Shown one piece after another: positions 40,404 through 49,969 of a DNA stretch of 64,000 bases. Source of the stretch: an uncultured Deinococcales bacterium (GTDB lineage: Bacteria > Deinococcota > Deinococci > Deinococcales > JAAFIG01); NCBI GenBank assembly GCA_964247135.1, contig CAXTTL010000001.1, positions 1 to 64,000 of the forward strand, written 5' to 3'. The number at the start of each line of letters is the position of its first letter. Position 1 is the first letter of the stretch. Below the pieces are notes generated by a model that was not told where the DNA came from, made no database searches, and saw only the letters and a list, made by a program, of their open reading frames with translations. The translations under genes were made by a program, and so were the position numbers.

Positions 40404-41942
40404 TCAAATCCCCCTCTTGAGGCTCTCGAGGTCGCCAACGACCTTGACGCGAATGCGGGTGGCGTTGCCGGGCAGGTAACTCAAGGGCACGTCTTCGATC
40501 TCGACGACCTCGAGCGAATCAGGTTTTGCCCCCGCAGCGACCGCCCGTTTCTTGGCTTCAATGGTGGCTTCCTCAAGCGCCGCCTCGCGGCTGATCTGCT
40601 CGAACAAATAGACTTTCTCGAGTTCGCCACTGACTTGTGCAATGGCAGCCCCAACCGCGTTGGCAGCCGCAAAATGATTTGGGCGGATGGTCTCGAGGTC
40701 GCCCACTTTGCCGCGCACCAGTACCACGCCACCACCGACCAAAATCACTGGAATTGGGACGGCGGTCAAACGCACGCGGTCTACGGCGGCAAGAATTTTT
40801 GTTTGGATGGCGCTAACGGTGGCTTCGACCATGCTCGGCTCGAGCGTTGAAACCTTGCTCGAGTCGCCAATCTGCGCCAGTCCTGCCGCCACCGCAATGT
40901 CGGTGGCAGTCAGGGTTTGACCGCCGAACACCAAGGCTTGTTGCTCGAGTTGATAACCGACACTTTGCGGTCCGATTTCTGTGCCTTTGATAAGCGAGCC
41001 GCCCCCCAAACCGATGCTGTAAACATCGGGCATTCTGAAATTCGTGCGAACCCCGCCAACCTCGACCGCGACACCCGCCTGACGTGGGAAGCCTTGCACC
41101 AAAGCGCCAACGTCGGTGGTTGTGCCGCCAATGTCCACCACCACCGCTTCTTTGAGTTTGGATAAAAACGCCGCGCCGCGCATCGAGTTGGTTGGTCCGC
41201 TGGCAACCGTCAAAATCGGAAAGTTCTCGGCTCGAGCCGCAGGCATCAATGTGCCGTCGTTTTGGGTCAGAAAGAACGGGGCATCAATGCCAGCTTGCTC
41301 GAGTGCATCGGCAAAAGCCTGCGCGATTTTCTTGCCCAAAGGTTGCAGCGCCGCATTCAAGATCGTGGCGTTTTCACGCTCGAGAAACCCCACACGCCCG
41401 ATAGTGTGTGACAAGGTGATTTTGGCATTGGAAACATGCTCGGCAATGATCTTGCCCGCTTGTTCCTCGAGGTCGTAATTGATGGGCGAGAATACCGAGG
41501 TGATCGCCACGCTGCTCAAACCCCTGGCGTTGATCTCCTGGGCGATGCTCGAGATTTCGTTTGGGTCAAAAATCGAAATTGGGCGACCATCGAACTCGTT
41601 GCCGCCTTTGGCAAAAAACATGTGCTCGCCAATGCAAGCCTTTAAATCTTCAGACCAGGCGGTCATCGGCGGAATCGCCAAAGTCGCAGGTGCGCCAAGA
41701 CGAATGATGGCGACCTGAGCCAGCTCGCGGCGTTGCACGATGGCATTGGTAAAATGCGTCGTGCCGATCATCACGGCATCCACGGCAGGCTTTGCGCCCT
41801 CGAACAAACTTCGCAGCGCCTCGAGCACCCCCGAGGTCACGTCCTGGGTGGTGGGGGTTTTGATGGTGCGGATGACATCAAAACCATCCAGCAGCGCGGC
41901 ATCGGTGTTGGTTCCGCCAACGTCTATCCCGACTCGAATCAT
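40404..41942 (-). CDS. Hydantoinase/oxoprolinase N-terminal family protein (DUF917-associated)
   Basis: GIDVGGTNTDA, SGPTNSMRGA, DIGGTTTD, ANAVGAA. Confidence 0.9.
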   Translation of the reverse strand: MIRVGIDVGGTNTDAALLDGFDVIRTIKTPTTQDVTSGVLEALRSLFEGAKPAVDAVMIGTTHFTNAIVQRRELAQVAIIRLGAPATLAIPPMTAWSEDLKACIGEHMFFAKGGNEFDGRPISIFDPNEISSIAQEINARGLSSVAITSVFSPINYDLEEQAGKIIAEHVSNAKITLSHTIGRVGFLERENATILNAALQPLGKKIAQAFADALEQAGIDAPFFLTQNDGTLMPAARAENFPILTVASGPTNSMRGAAFLSKLKEAVVVDIGGTTTDVGALVQGFPRQAGVAVEVGGVRTNFRMPDVYSIGLGGGSLIKGTEIGPQSVGYQLEQQALVFGGQTLTATDIAVAAGLAQIGDSSKVSTLEPSMVEATVSAIQTKILAAVDRVRLTAVPIPVILVGGGVVLVRGKVGDLETIRPNHFAAANAVGAAIAQVSGELEKVYLFEQISREAALEEATIEAKKRAVAAGAKPDSLEVVEIEDVPLSYLPGNATRIRVKVVGDLESLKRGI

Positions 41943-42103
41943 GATGCTCCCTTCTGGGGTGAGGCACAGATTAAATGAGGCTCGAGCTTATCAAACAGCA
42001 AAATCAAATCCGTTTGAGACCAATTCAAAACCATTGACAGATCAAATTTTCTTCACTATTGTTAACAAAATTAGATGGCAATAACAAGACCCCAGAGGCG
42101 AAC

Positions 42104-42640
42104 ATGGATGTCGGAAAAGCGATTCGAGCCAGGCGCAGACAGCTCGATTTAACCTTGGCTCAACTCTCGACGCGCTCTGGCTTGTCCTCGGCGTTCCTGT
42201 CTCAAGTCGAACGCAACTTGGCGGGGCTTTCGGTGACATCGCTCAAACAAATCGCCCAAGGCTTGGAAGTCAGCATGAGTTACTTTCTGGCAATCGAAGA
42301 AGCCGACGAACCCGTGCATTCGATTCACGCGCCACACTTTTTTTCGATTAATGGCTCAAACCTGCGTTACGCAAGGCTTGGTTCGACCACCAACGACCGC
42401 GAACTCGAGCCGCTGTTCGTGGTCTTGCCACCCAAATATGCTTCCGAAGCCTTTCACCATGCGGGCGAAGAATTTGTGTTTGTGATCAAAGGTCAGATTA
42501 CCGTGCAGGTCGGCAAGAAAAAACACCATCTCAAAGCTGGCGACACCGTGCATTACAAATCTGGCATTCGTCATTTGTGGCGCAACGACAGCAACGAAGA
42601 GGTTCAGGTTTTAACGGTCAACACCCCGCCATTGTTTTAA
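42104..42640 (+). CDS. XRE-family HTH + cupin regulator
   Basis: LSSAFLSQVERN HTH; HAGEEFVFVIKG cupin. Confidence 0.9.
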   Translation: MDVGKAIRARRRQLDLTLAQLSTRSGLSSAFLSQVERNLAGLSVTSLKQIAQGLEVSMSYFLAIEEADEPVHSIHAPHFFSINGSNLRYARLGSTTNDRELEPLFVVLPPKYASEAFHHAGEEFVFVIKGQITVQVGKKKHHLKAGDTVHYKSGIRHLWRNDSNEEVQVLTVNTPPLF

Positions 42641-42652
42641 ACCCCAGGAGGT

Positions 42653-43042
42653 TTGAATGACACAACACTTGGTGAAACCGTGAAAGTCTTCCCACTCGAG
42701 TACCCCGAACGCCCACTGCAAGTCCTCGATCAACTCGAGCTGCCCGCCGAAGCCAGCGCTTCGTTAAGAATGGGCACCGCCAAAGTTCAAAAAGGCGATT
42801 GGATACCCCCAGCGGGATACTCGAGCCACGAGCAACACGAGGTTTCGGTGCTGTTAAAAGGACAACTCGAGATTGAGGTGGGCGGGCAAACCACCGCGCT
42901 CAAACACGGCGAGGTCGTGATGATTCCCGCCCTTGAAGCCCACCGTACCTACGCACTCGAGGATTCAGAACTGATCTGGTTCTGGTTTGGAAATGCCACA
43001 ACAAGCGCCCCTGGCGCGAGCGGTAAAGGAGGAGCGGTATGA
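42653..43042 (+). CDS. Cupin domain protein
   Basis: SHEQHEVSVLLKG..IPALEAH; RBS aggagg, TTG start. Confidence 0.8.
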   Translation: MNDTTLGETVKVFPLEYPERPLQVLDQLELPAEASASLRMGTAKVQKGDWIPPAGYSSHEQHEVSVLLKGQLEIEVGGQTTALKHGEVVMIPALEAHRTYALEDSELIWFWFGNATTSAPGASGKGGAV

Positions 43043-44652
43043 AGAAAGAACTGGTGGTTCTCGGGCTGTGCATGGTGGCGGCAGTCGGTATGGCGTTGAC
43101 GCAATCTCTTGGACAAGGACAGCGCATCCTGCGGCTTGACAATGCCGCACCCGCCGAACTCGATCCGCACATTGGCAATGATTACTCGGCATCGGTGCTG
43201 GCGTACAACGTTTACGATACACTGGTGATGCCAGACCCAGACAACGGGGTGAAACCATCCGTTGCCACCAAATGGACCGTTTCCAACGGCGGCAAACGTT
43301 TTACCTTCACCTTGCGTCCGAACGTTAAATTTCACGATGGCAGCACACTCGAGGCAAGCGATGTGGTTTTCAGTTACGAGCGCACCAAAGCCGTGGATCA
43401 GGGGTTTTCTTACCTCTTCCAAGGCTGGGTGACTGGCGTCAAAGCCGTCGGCAAAACGGTGGTGCAATTTGACCTTTCAGGCACGTATGCACCCTTCCTC
43501 TCGACCTTGGTGCGCCTGCCCATCGTCAACAAAGACCTGGTGTTAAAGAACAAAAAAGACGGCAAGTTCGGCGCGAACGGCGATTACGGACAAGCCTTCC
43601 TCTCGGGCAACGACGCGGGTTCGGGCGCATACCGCGTGACCCAACACAACCCGCAAACCCTGACGGTACTCGAGAAATTCAAAGATTACTTCCTGGGCTT
43701 TAATCCCAAAGCCCCAGATGTCGTGCGCCAACTGTACAGCGTCGAATCTGCCACGATGCGCACCCTGATGGCACGCAAAGAACACGAAATCTCGAGCCAA
43801 TGGCATCCGCAAGAAGTCCTCAAAGCCCTGGCAACTCAACCAGGCATCAGCCTGATTACCGAAGGCAGCGGCGGGTCGCTCATGTTTAAACTCAACACCC
43901 AACGCGCCCCAACCGACGACGTGAACTTCCGCAAAGCGATGGCGCTCGCCTTTGATTACAGCGAACTGGTTTCCGCATTAAAAGTCACCGATAAAATCTC
44001 GGCAGGTGTTGCCGCTCGAGGTCCTATCGCCGCGAGCTTGCCAGGGTTTGATAAAGCTTTGGTCGCGCCAAAACGCAACTTGGATGCCGCCAAAGCCGCC
44101 CTCGCCAAATCCAAGTACGCCAACCAACTCGACAAAGCCGTGGTGGACATGGTTTGGGTCGCCGAAGCGCCGTTTGAAGAAAAAATGGCGCTGTTGATGC
44201 AACAAAACCTGGGCGAGATTGGCATCAAAGTCAACCTCACCAAACTCCCCTGGGCAACACTCACCGAACGCTTCGTCAAAGCCGACCAAACACCCAACAC
44301 CTACCCGCTCTTCACCGGGCTTTCCTACCCAGACCCAGACGGACTCTTGTACGTGATGTACTCGAGCAAAGCCGCAGGCACCTTCTGGAGTTCGAGTTGG
44401 GTCAAAGATGCCGAGATCGACAAAGCCCTCGATGATGCCCGCCGGCTCAGCGACGTGAGCAAACGCATGGACTTGTACAAAAAAGTTCAAGAACGCCTGG
44501 TTGGAATGCAATCGGATATTTACGCCTACGACAACTTGGCGGTGTTCGCCAAACAAGATTACGTCAAAGTCCCGACGCTCGAGAATGAAGGGCAGAGCGT
44601 GTCCACGATTGGGGCGAACTGGTTGTTCAGGTTGATTGAAGTCAACAACTGA
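43039..44652 (+). CDS. Peptide/nickel ABC substrate-binding protein (family 5)
   Basis: NVYDTLV, FTLRPNVKFHDGS. Confidence 0.92.
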   Translation: MKKELVVLGLCMVAAVGMALTQSLGQGQRILRLDNAAPAELDPHIGNDYSASVLAYNVYDTLVMPDPDNGVKPSVATKWTVSNGGKRFTFTLRPNVKFHDGSTLEASDVVFSYERTKAVDQGFSYLFQGWVTGVKAVGKTVVQFDLSGTYAPFLSTLVRLPIVNKDLVLKNKKDGKFGANGDYGQAFLSGNDAGSGAYRVTQHNPQTLTVLEKFKDYFLGFNPKAPDVVRQLYSVESATMRTLMARKEHEISSQWHPQEVLKALATQPGISLITEGSGGSLMFKLNTQRAPTDDVNFRKAMALAFDYSELVSALKVTDKISAGVAARGPIAASLPGFDKALVAPKRNLDAAKAALAKSKYANQLDKAVVDMVWVAEAPFEEKMALLMQQNLGEIGIKVNLTKLPWATLTERFVKADQTPNTYPLFTGLSYPDPDGLLYVMYSSKAAGTFWSSSWVKDAEIDKALDDARRLSDVSKRMDLYKKVQERLVGMQSDIYAYDNLAVFAKQDYVKVPTLENEGQSVSTIGANWLFRLIEVNN

Positions 44653-44661
44653 TTGAAATGG

Positions 44662-44697
44662 GGTGGCTCGAGGGATTGGTTTCTCGAGCCACCTTTT
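44662..44697 (+). terminator. Stem-loop after the substrate-binding gene
   Basis: ggtggctcgag / ctcgagccacc followed by TTTT. Confidence 0.7.
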
Positions 44698-44762
44698 GGG
44701 GGGCGGTGCGGTTATTGGTGGTGGGATTGTTGGCGGTGCGCTCGAGAGCGCACCCTACGGGG
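44697..44762 (-). repeat. Left 66-bp inverted repeat containing a GTAG-REP
   Basis: Reverse complement of 45620-45685 with 1 mismatch; REP core GTAGGGTGCGCTCTCGAGCGCACC. Confidence 0.9.
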
Positions 44763-45002
44763 TGGGCGGGGCATGTGAATGGTTTTAATGTGGTTCATTC
44801 TGAATTAATAAATTGATCCCCAAAAAATACGCATACGACTCGAGATTCATGTATTCCTCGAGATTACGTCCGAGAGATTACAAAATCACAGTTGAAGGTT
44901 TTGCTCGACTTGTAAATTTATGGATTTTCAAATTGATAAAAAAATCTATTTCGTTTCGTTCGCATTCATTCACAACGTATTACACACATCGACCAGTCAC
45001 CT

Positions 45003-45542
45003 TCATCCCACAAATTTCTCTTCAACCCTCAAACCCTCGCGCCAATCTTCTGGGTATACCCCTTGCGAAACACACCGATGAAACGTACTCCACTCCCAAT
45101 CCCTGACCTTCGAGACCAACCCATGCTTGACCGGGTTGTAATGAACGTAATCCATGCAGCGTTCAAAATTGGCATCATCCCGAACTTGATGCTCCCAAAA
45201 CCGCCTCTGCCAAATGCTCGTTTCGCGTCGCGCCACCCGAGACGCGCTCAACCTCGAGTCGTTCCTGATTTCTGGCAGGGCTTTGCTGCACAATTGCTTG
45301 ATCATGTTCCAACGCAAGCTGAAATTGGTGTCATCTTCGGGCAGTGTCCAAATGGTGTGCAGGTGGTCGGGCAGCAACACCCAAGCATCAATCGTGAACG
45401 GATGATGGCTTCGGGTGCGCGTCACCGCCTCGCGCAGCGCTGCCCGAAATGCAGGCTCGAGCAAAATGGGTTGCCGTTGATGCGTGACCACCGTGAAAAA
45501 AAACGTGCCGCCAGGGGCATTGGCGCGGCGATAATTCGGCAT
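45003..45542 (-). mobile_element. rayT: REP-associated tyrosine transposase (RAYT, Y1 HUH)
   Basis: [25 protein letters not shown] (HUH), [24 protein letters not shown]. Confidence 0.95.
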
Positions 45543-45619
45543 GGCTCGAGTATAAGATTTTGGGATGTTCGTGCATGTGATATATCCGCACACCGATTTC
45601 CCGCAATTTTATCCCGATC

Positions 45620-45685
45620 CCCCGTAGGGTGCGCTCTCGAGCGCACCGCCAACAATCCCACCACCAATAACCACACCGCCCCCCA
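45620..45685 (+). repeat. Right 66-bp inverted repeat containing a GTAG-REP
   Basis: gtagggtgcgctctcgagcgcacc at 45624-45647. Confidence 0.9.
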
Positions 45686-45778
45686 TCTCGAGCACACCCC
45701 CAAAACATCCAATTTCCACATGTTCCCACGCTTTCAAGACCGTCAATCACCCGCATCCCCCATTCAGGTACACCCCTG

Positions 45779-46810
45779 ATGCTCACCTTCCTGACCTACA
45801 TCGCCCGTCGCCTGTTCTCCTCCATTGTCGTGCTCATCGGCGTTTCAATCCTGGTTTTCGTGATCGCTCGAGTCATCCCTGGCGACCCCGCCCGCATCGC
45901 CCTTGGTCCAATGGCATCACAAGAATCCATCAAGAATTTGCGCTTCGAGTTGTACCTGGATCGCCCTTTGCCTTTGCAGTACCTCGAGTTTGTGCGGCGT
46001 TTACTCAAGGGTGATCTTGGCACGAGTTTGTACACGCGGCGCGCGGTCACGGCAGACCTCGAGCAGTTTTTCCCAGCCACCCTCGAGTTGGTACTGGCGA
46101 GTGGTTTGTTGATGGTGGTGTTTGGTTTGCCTTTGGGGGTGCTGGCGGCGCGGTATCGCAATCGCTTGCCCGACAACGTGGCTCGAGTCTTTGCGATTCT
46201 TGGGGTGGTCACCCCCAATTTTGTCTGGGCAATTTTTTTGATCTTGATGTTTGCCTATTGGGTGGCGATTCTGCCCGTGGCTGGGCAACAATCGGATACG
46301 TTTTTGCTGCCGAAGAAAATCACAGGTTTTTTGATGCTTGATTCGATTTTGACGGGGCAATGGGCAATGTTCTGGGATGCGCTGAGGCATTTGATCTTGC
46401 CTGCGGCGGCGCTGGCGTTTGCGGGTTTGGGGCAGACCGCACGCCTGACTCGAGCGAACATGCTCGATTCTTACGGCAAGCCTTACATCGAGATGGCTCG
46501 AGCTTTTGGCATCAGTGAACTCGAGATTGCCACCAAGTACGCGCTGCGTCCCGCACTCATTCCGACGCTGACCATTTTAGGGCTTGATTTTGCCGCGATG
46601 CTTGGCGGGGCGTTTTTGGTCGAGGCGGTCTTCAACTGGCCCGGCATGGCGCGTTACGCCGTGCAAGCGATTTTGCACAAAGACCTGAACGCGATTGTCG
46701 GCACGACCCTGGTGATCGCGGTGTTCTTTTTACTGGTCAACATCGTGGTGGATTTGATCGTTGGTTACGTCAACCCTCGGATTCGTTTTCACGAGGAGGC
46801 TCGAGGATGA
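45779..46810 (+). CDS. Peptide ABC permease (DppB/OppB-like)
   Basis: PGDPA, GDLGTS, VEAVFNWPG. Confidence 0.93.
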   Translation: MLTFLTYIARRLFSSIVVLIGVSILVFVIARVIPGDPARIALGPMASQESIKNLRFELYLDRPLPLQYLEFVRRLLKGDLGTSLYTRRAVTADLEQFFPATLELVLASGLLMVVFGLPLGVLAARYRNRLPDNVARVFAILGVVTPNFVWAIFLILMFAYWVAILPVAGQQSDTFLLPKKITGFLMLDSILTGQWAMFWDALRHLILPAAALAFAGLGQTARLTRANMLDSYGKPYIEMARAFGISELEIATKYALRPALIPTLTILGLDFAAMLGGAFLVEAVFNWPGMARYAVQAILHKDLNAIVGTTLVIAVFFLLVNIVVDLIVGYVNPRIRFHEEARG

Positions 46811-47667
46811 CACTTTCTCCTGCCAGAATCTTTCGCTCGAGGTCTTGGTATCGCTTTTCACAAAACCCGCTGTCAGTGATCGGTTTGGGCATTGTGGTGT
46901 TGGTGGTGCTGCTGGCGATTCTTGCGCCGATCATCACGCCCTACCCGAAGCACGCGGGGCAGTTTGTGAATTTCAGTGCGGGCACTGCCGCACCGACATG
47001 GCAGTATTTGTTTGGCACGGACACCATTGGGCGTGATGTTTTGACGCGCATCATTTTTGGCTTGCGGGTCTCGCTCGCGCTTGGCGTGGTGGTCTTGGCA
47101 TTGGCTGTGCCCATTGGTGTGATTCTGGGTTTGATGGCGGGTTATTTTGGGCGGCACGTCGAACTGGTCATCATGCGAATCACCGATGTTTTTCTGGCAT
47201 TGCCACCTTTGGTGCTGGCGTTGGCGGTCTTGGGGTTTCTGGAGCCAAATTTGTTTAACGCCATGATGGCGGTGACCGTGATGTGGTGGCCATGGTACAC
47301 GCGATTGGTCTACAACCTCTCCCGTTCAATCCGCACCGAGGGTTTTGTCACCGCCAGCGAGGTGATGGGCGCCTCGAGATTCCATATTTTGTTCCGCGAG
47401 ATTCTGCCGAATTGCCTGCCCTCGATCTTGACCAAAATGACGCTCGACATGGGCTTTGTGATTCTGATTGGCGCGAGTTTGTCGTTTCTGGGCTTGGGTG
47501 TCCAACCGCCCACCCCAGACCTCGGTTCGATGGTCGCCGACGGCGCAAAATACCTGCCCGATGCCTGGTGGATTTCGGTCTTTCCTGGACTGGCGGTCTT
47601 GTTCTGCGTGCTCGGTTTTAATTTGCTCGGTGATGGCTTGCGCGATCTTTTGGACGTGGAGGTATGA
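46807..47667 (+). CDS. Peptide ABC permease (DppC/OppC-like)
   Basis: FGTDTIGRD, LSFLGLG, FNLLGDGLRD. Confidence 0.93.
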   Translation: MTLSPARIFRSRSWYRFSQNPLSVIGLGIVVLVVLLAILAPIITPYPKHAGQFVNFSAGTAAPTWQYLFGTDTIGRDVLTRIIFGLRVSLALGVVVLALAVPIGVILGLMAGYFGRHVELVIMRITDVFLALPPLVLALAVLGFLEPNLFNAMMAVTVMWWPWYTRLVYNLSRSIRTEGFVTASEVMGASRFHILFREILPNCLPSILTKMTLDMGFVILIGASLSFLGLGVQPPTPDLGSMVADGAKYLPDAWWISVFPGLAVLFCVLGFNLLGDGLRDLLDVEV

Positions 47668-47729
47668 ACCACGATTTTGCCGTGTTGTGGGTTGTACAGT
47701 GCAATGTATGGCGAACCGTTCGGTGCGCT

Positions 47730-48003
47730 GTAGGGTGCGCTCAAGAGCGCACCGCATTGACACCCCATCCCTCGAGATTAAAACCCGCAACCCATGATTT
47801 TGTTATTACCAAAATTAACGTTTATATCATTCGTTTCTCGAGATTGAAAAACATTGCTGGTGGTTTTTTTGTTGCCAAAATGAATGTTTGCACAATGTGT
47901 TTCTCGAGATTCAAAAACATTTTTTGTGGTTTTTTTGATGGGTTGGGGTGGTGCGCTCGGGGTTGGTGGGTTTGTGGGCGGTGCGCTCGAGAGCGCACCC
48001 TAC
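47730..48003. mobile_element. REPIN 1 (inverted REP pair with three 66-bp internal units)
   Basis: REPs at 47730-47753 and 47980-48003; ctcgagatt units at 47771, 47837, 47903. Confidence 0.85.
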
Positions 48004-48016
48004 GGGTGAATTATTT

Positions 48017-48991
48017 ATGACAACGCCTCTCTTAAAAATCACCGATCTCCATTTGCGATTTAAACTCTTCGAGGGGGTTTCGCACGTGCTGGCGGGGGTC
48101 AACCTCGAGGTGCATCGCGGGGAACGGGTTGCGATTGTGGGCGAGTCGGGTTGCGGGAAATCTGTGACGTTGCGTTTGATTTTGGGTTTGTTGCGCGGCA
48201 AGAACATCATGGTTTCGGGCACAATCGAATTTGATGACCTCGAGATCAATGCTGCCAGCGATCAGAAATTGCGTGAGATTCGTGGGCGGCGCATTGGTAC
48301 GATTTTTCAAGACCCAATGGCTTCGCTCAATCCAACCTTTACGATTCTCGATCAGATGGGTGCGGTGATCCGACGTGGAGAGCCGAAAATTTCTCGAGTT
48401 GCTTTGCTCGAGAAAGCAAAGCACGCGCTTTCTCAGGTGGCGATCAATGATCCTTTGCGAGTGCTCGAGGCGTATCCGTTTCAACTTTCGGGCGGCTTAA
48501 ATCAGCGCGTCTTGATTGCGATGGCGCTGCTCAACGAACCCGAGTTGGTACTGGCGGACGAACCAGGCACGGCGCTCGATGTCACGGTGCAAGAGCAAAC
48601 CTTGCGTTTGATGCGAGAATTGACGCAGAACCTGAATTCGGCGGTGCTCTTGATTACCCACAACCTCGGCGTGGTGCGCGAGTTTGCGGATCGGGTCTAT
48701 GTGATGTACGCCGGCAGCGTGGTCGAGGAAGCCAGAACCACTGAACTCTTCGCCAATCCCAAGCATCCGTACACGCGGGCGTTGCTCGAGAGTGTGCCGA
48801 AATTGACGGGCACCAATTTGCCGCAGGGGATCGATGGTTTTGTGCCCGATTACACCAAGCCTCCTTTGGGTTGTCGCTTTCATCCGCGTTGCGCTCAGGC
48901 GACCCAAGCCTGCCAGACCTTGCCGCCTTTGCTCGAGGTGGCGCAAGGTCACAAGGTTGCCTGTGTGCTTTACGAGGGGGCGGCTGCATGA
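48017..48991 (+). CDS. Peptide ABC ATPase (DppD-like)
   Basis: GESGCGKS, LSGGLNQR, HPYTRALL, GCRFHPRC. Confidence 0.94.
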   Translation: MTTPLLKITDLHLRFKLFEGVSHVLAGVNLEVHRGERVAIVGESGCGKSVTLRLILGLLRGKNIMVSGTIEFDDLEINAASDQKLREIRGRRIGTIFQDPMASLNPTFTILDQMGAVIRRGEPKISRVALLEKAKHALSQVAINDPLRVLEAYPFQLSGGLNQRVLIAMALLNEPELVLADEPGTALDVTVQEQTLRLMRELTQNLNSAVLLITHNLGVVREFADRVYVMYAGSVVEEARTTELFANPKHPYTRALLESVPKLTGTNLPQGIDGFVPDYTKPPLGCRFHPRCAQATQACQTLPPLLEVAQGHKVACVLYEGAAA

Positions 48992-49968
48992 CCGAGCCGT
49001 TGTTGCGTGCCACCAACCTCGCCAAGCATTACAAGACCCGTGCCAGCACCGTTAGGGCGCTTGATGGGGTCAACCTCGAGGTGTTTGAAGGTGAAACCCT
49101 GGCGGTGGTCGGCGAATCGGGTTCGGGCAAGACCACGCTGGCAAACCTGATCTTGGGCATCGAAGCGCCAAGCATGGGTGAACTGGTGTTCCGTGGCACG
49201 GCGTTGACCGCCAAACGCACGCTCGAGTTGAGGCGACGCATTCAGTACGTGCAACAAAATCCGATGACCACGCTCAACCCACGCCGCACGGTGTTTCAGA
49301 GCATCAGTCTGGCACTCGAGACGCATAAGTTGCGACCCCGTGCCGAGCGGCGTGCTCGGGTGGCAGAGTTGCTCGAGGTGGTGGGCATGAGTGTCGAGAA
49401 CCTGGATCGGTTTCCGAATGCGCTCTCGGGTGGGCAGCGTCAACGCGTGGCAATTGCTCGAGCGCTGGCGGCAGAACCGCAATTGTTGGTGCTCGACGAG
49501 CCGACCTCGGCGCTGGATGTCAGCGTGCAAGCCAAAGTGTTGACCCTGTTGGTCGAACTGCAAGCAAAATTTAAGCTCACCTACTTGTTCATCACGCACG
49601 ATCTGGGTGTGGTTCGCAATGTGGCAAACCGTGTGGCGGTGATGTATCGCGGCAAAAACGTCGAGCTTGGACCCACGCCCGAATTGTTCCGCGACCCTGA
49701 ACATCCGTACACCCGCATGTTGATCTCCTCGATTCCGGTGGTCAGCCTCGAGGAAGAACAACTGAAACCTGTCTGGGCGTGGGATCGCAACCTGGTGCTC
49801 TCGAGCGAAATGACCTCGAGTGGCTGCGGTTTTGCGCCGCGTTGCCCGTATGCCGAAGATGCTTGCCGCACTCAAATACCAGCACTCTCGAGCGTTCGCA
49901 GCGATCATCTGGCGGCGTGTCACATGGTCTCGGGCGTGATGAAGCAAAAAATGAATCAAGGAGGCTAG
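48988..49968 (+). CDS. Peptide ABC ATPase (DppF-like)
   Basis: GESGSGKT, LSGGQRQR, DEPTSALDVSVQ. Confidence 0.94.
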   Translation: MTEPLLRATNLAKHYKTRASTVRALDGVNLEVFEGETLAVVGESGSGKTTLANLILGIEAPSMGELVFRGTALTAKRTLELRRRIQYVQQNPMTTLNPRRTVFQSISLALETHKLRPRAERRARVAELLEVVGMSVENLDRFPNALSGGQRQRVAIARALAAEPQLLVLDEPTSALDVSVQAKVLTLLVELQAKFKLTYLFITHDLGVVRNVANRVAVMYRGKNVELGPTPELFRDPEHPYTRMLISSIPVVSLEEEQLKPVWAWDRNLVLSSEMTSSGCGFAPRCPYAEDACRTQIPALSSVRSDHLAACHMVSGVMKQKMNQGG

Positions 49969-49969
49969 G

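Noticed and set aside
44813-45106. 97-aa ORF next to rayT
   Set aside because: AT-rich, overlaps rayT antisense and has no motif; at most a remnant
47771-47970. CRISPR array (66-bp period)
   Set aside because: Only 2-3 degenerate units, the 'spacers' resemble each other, they are enclosed by REPs, and no cas genes are present
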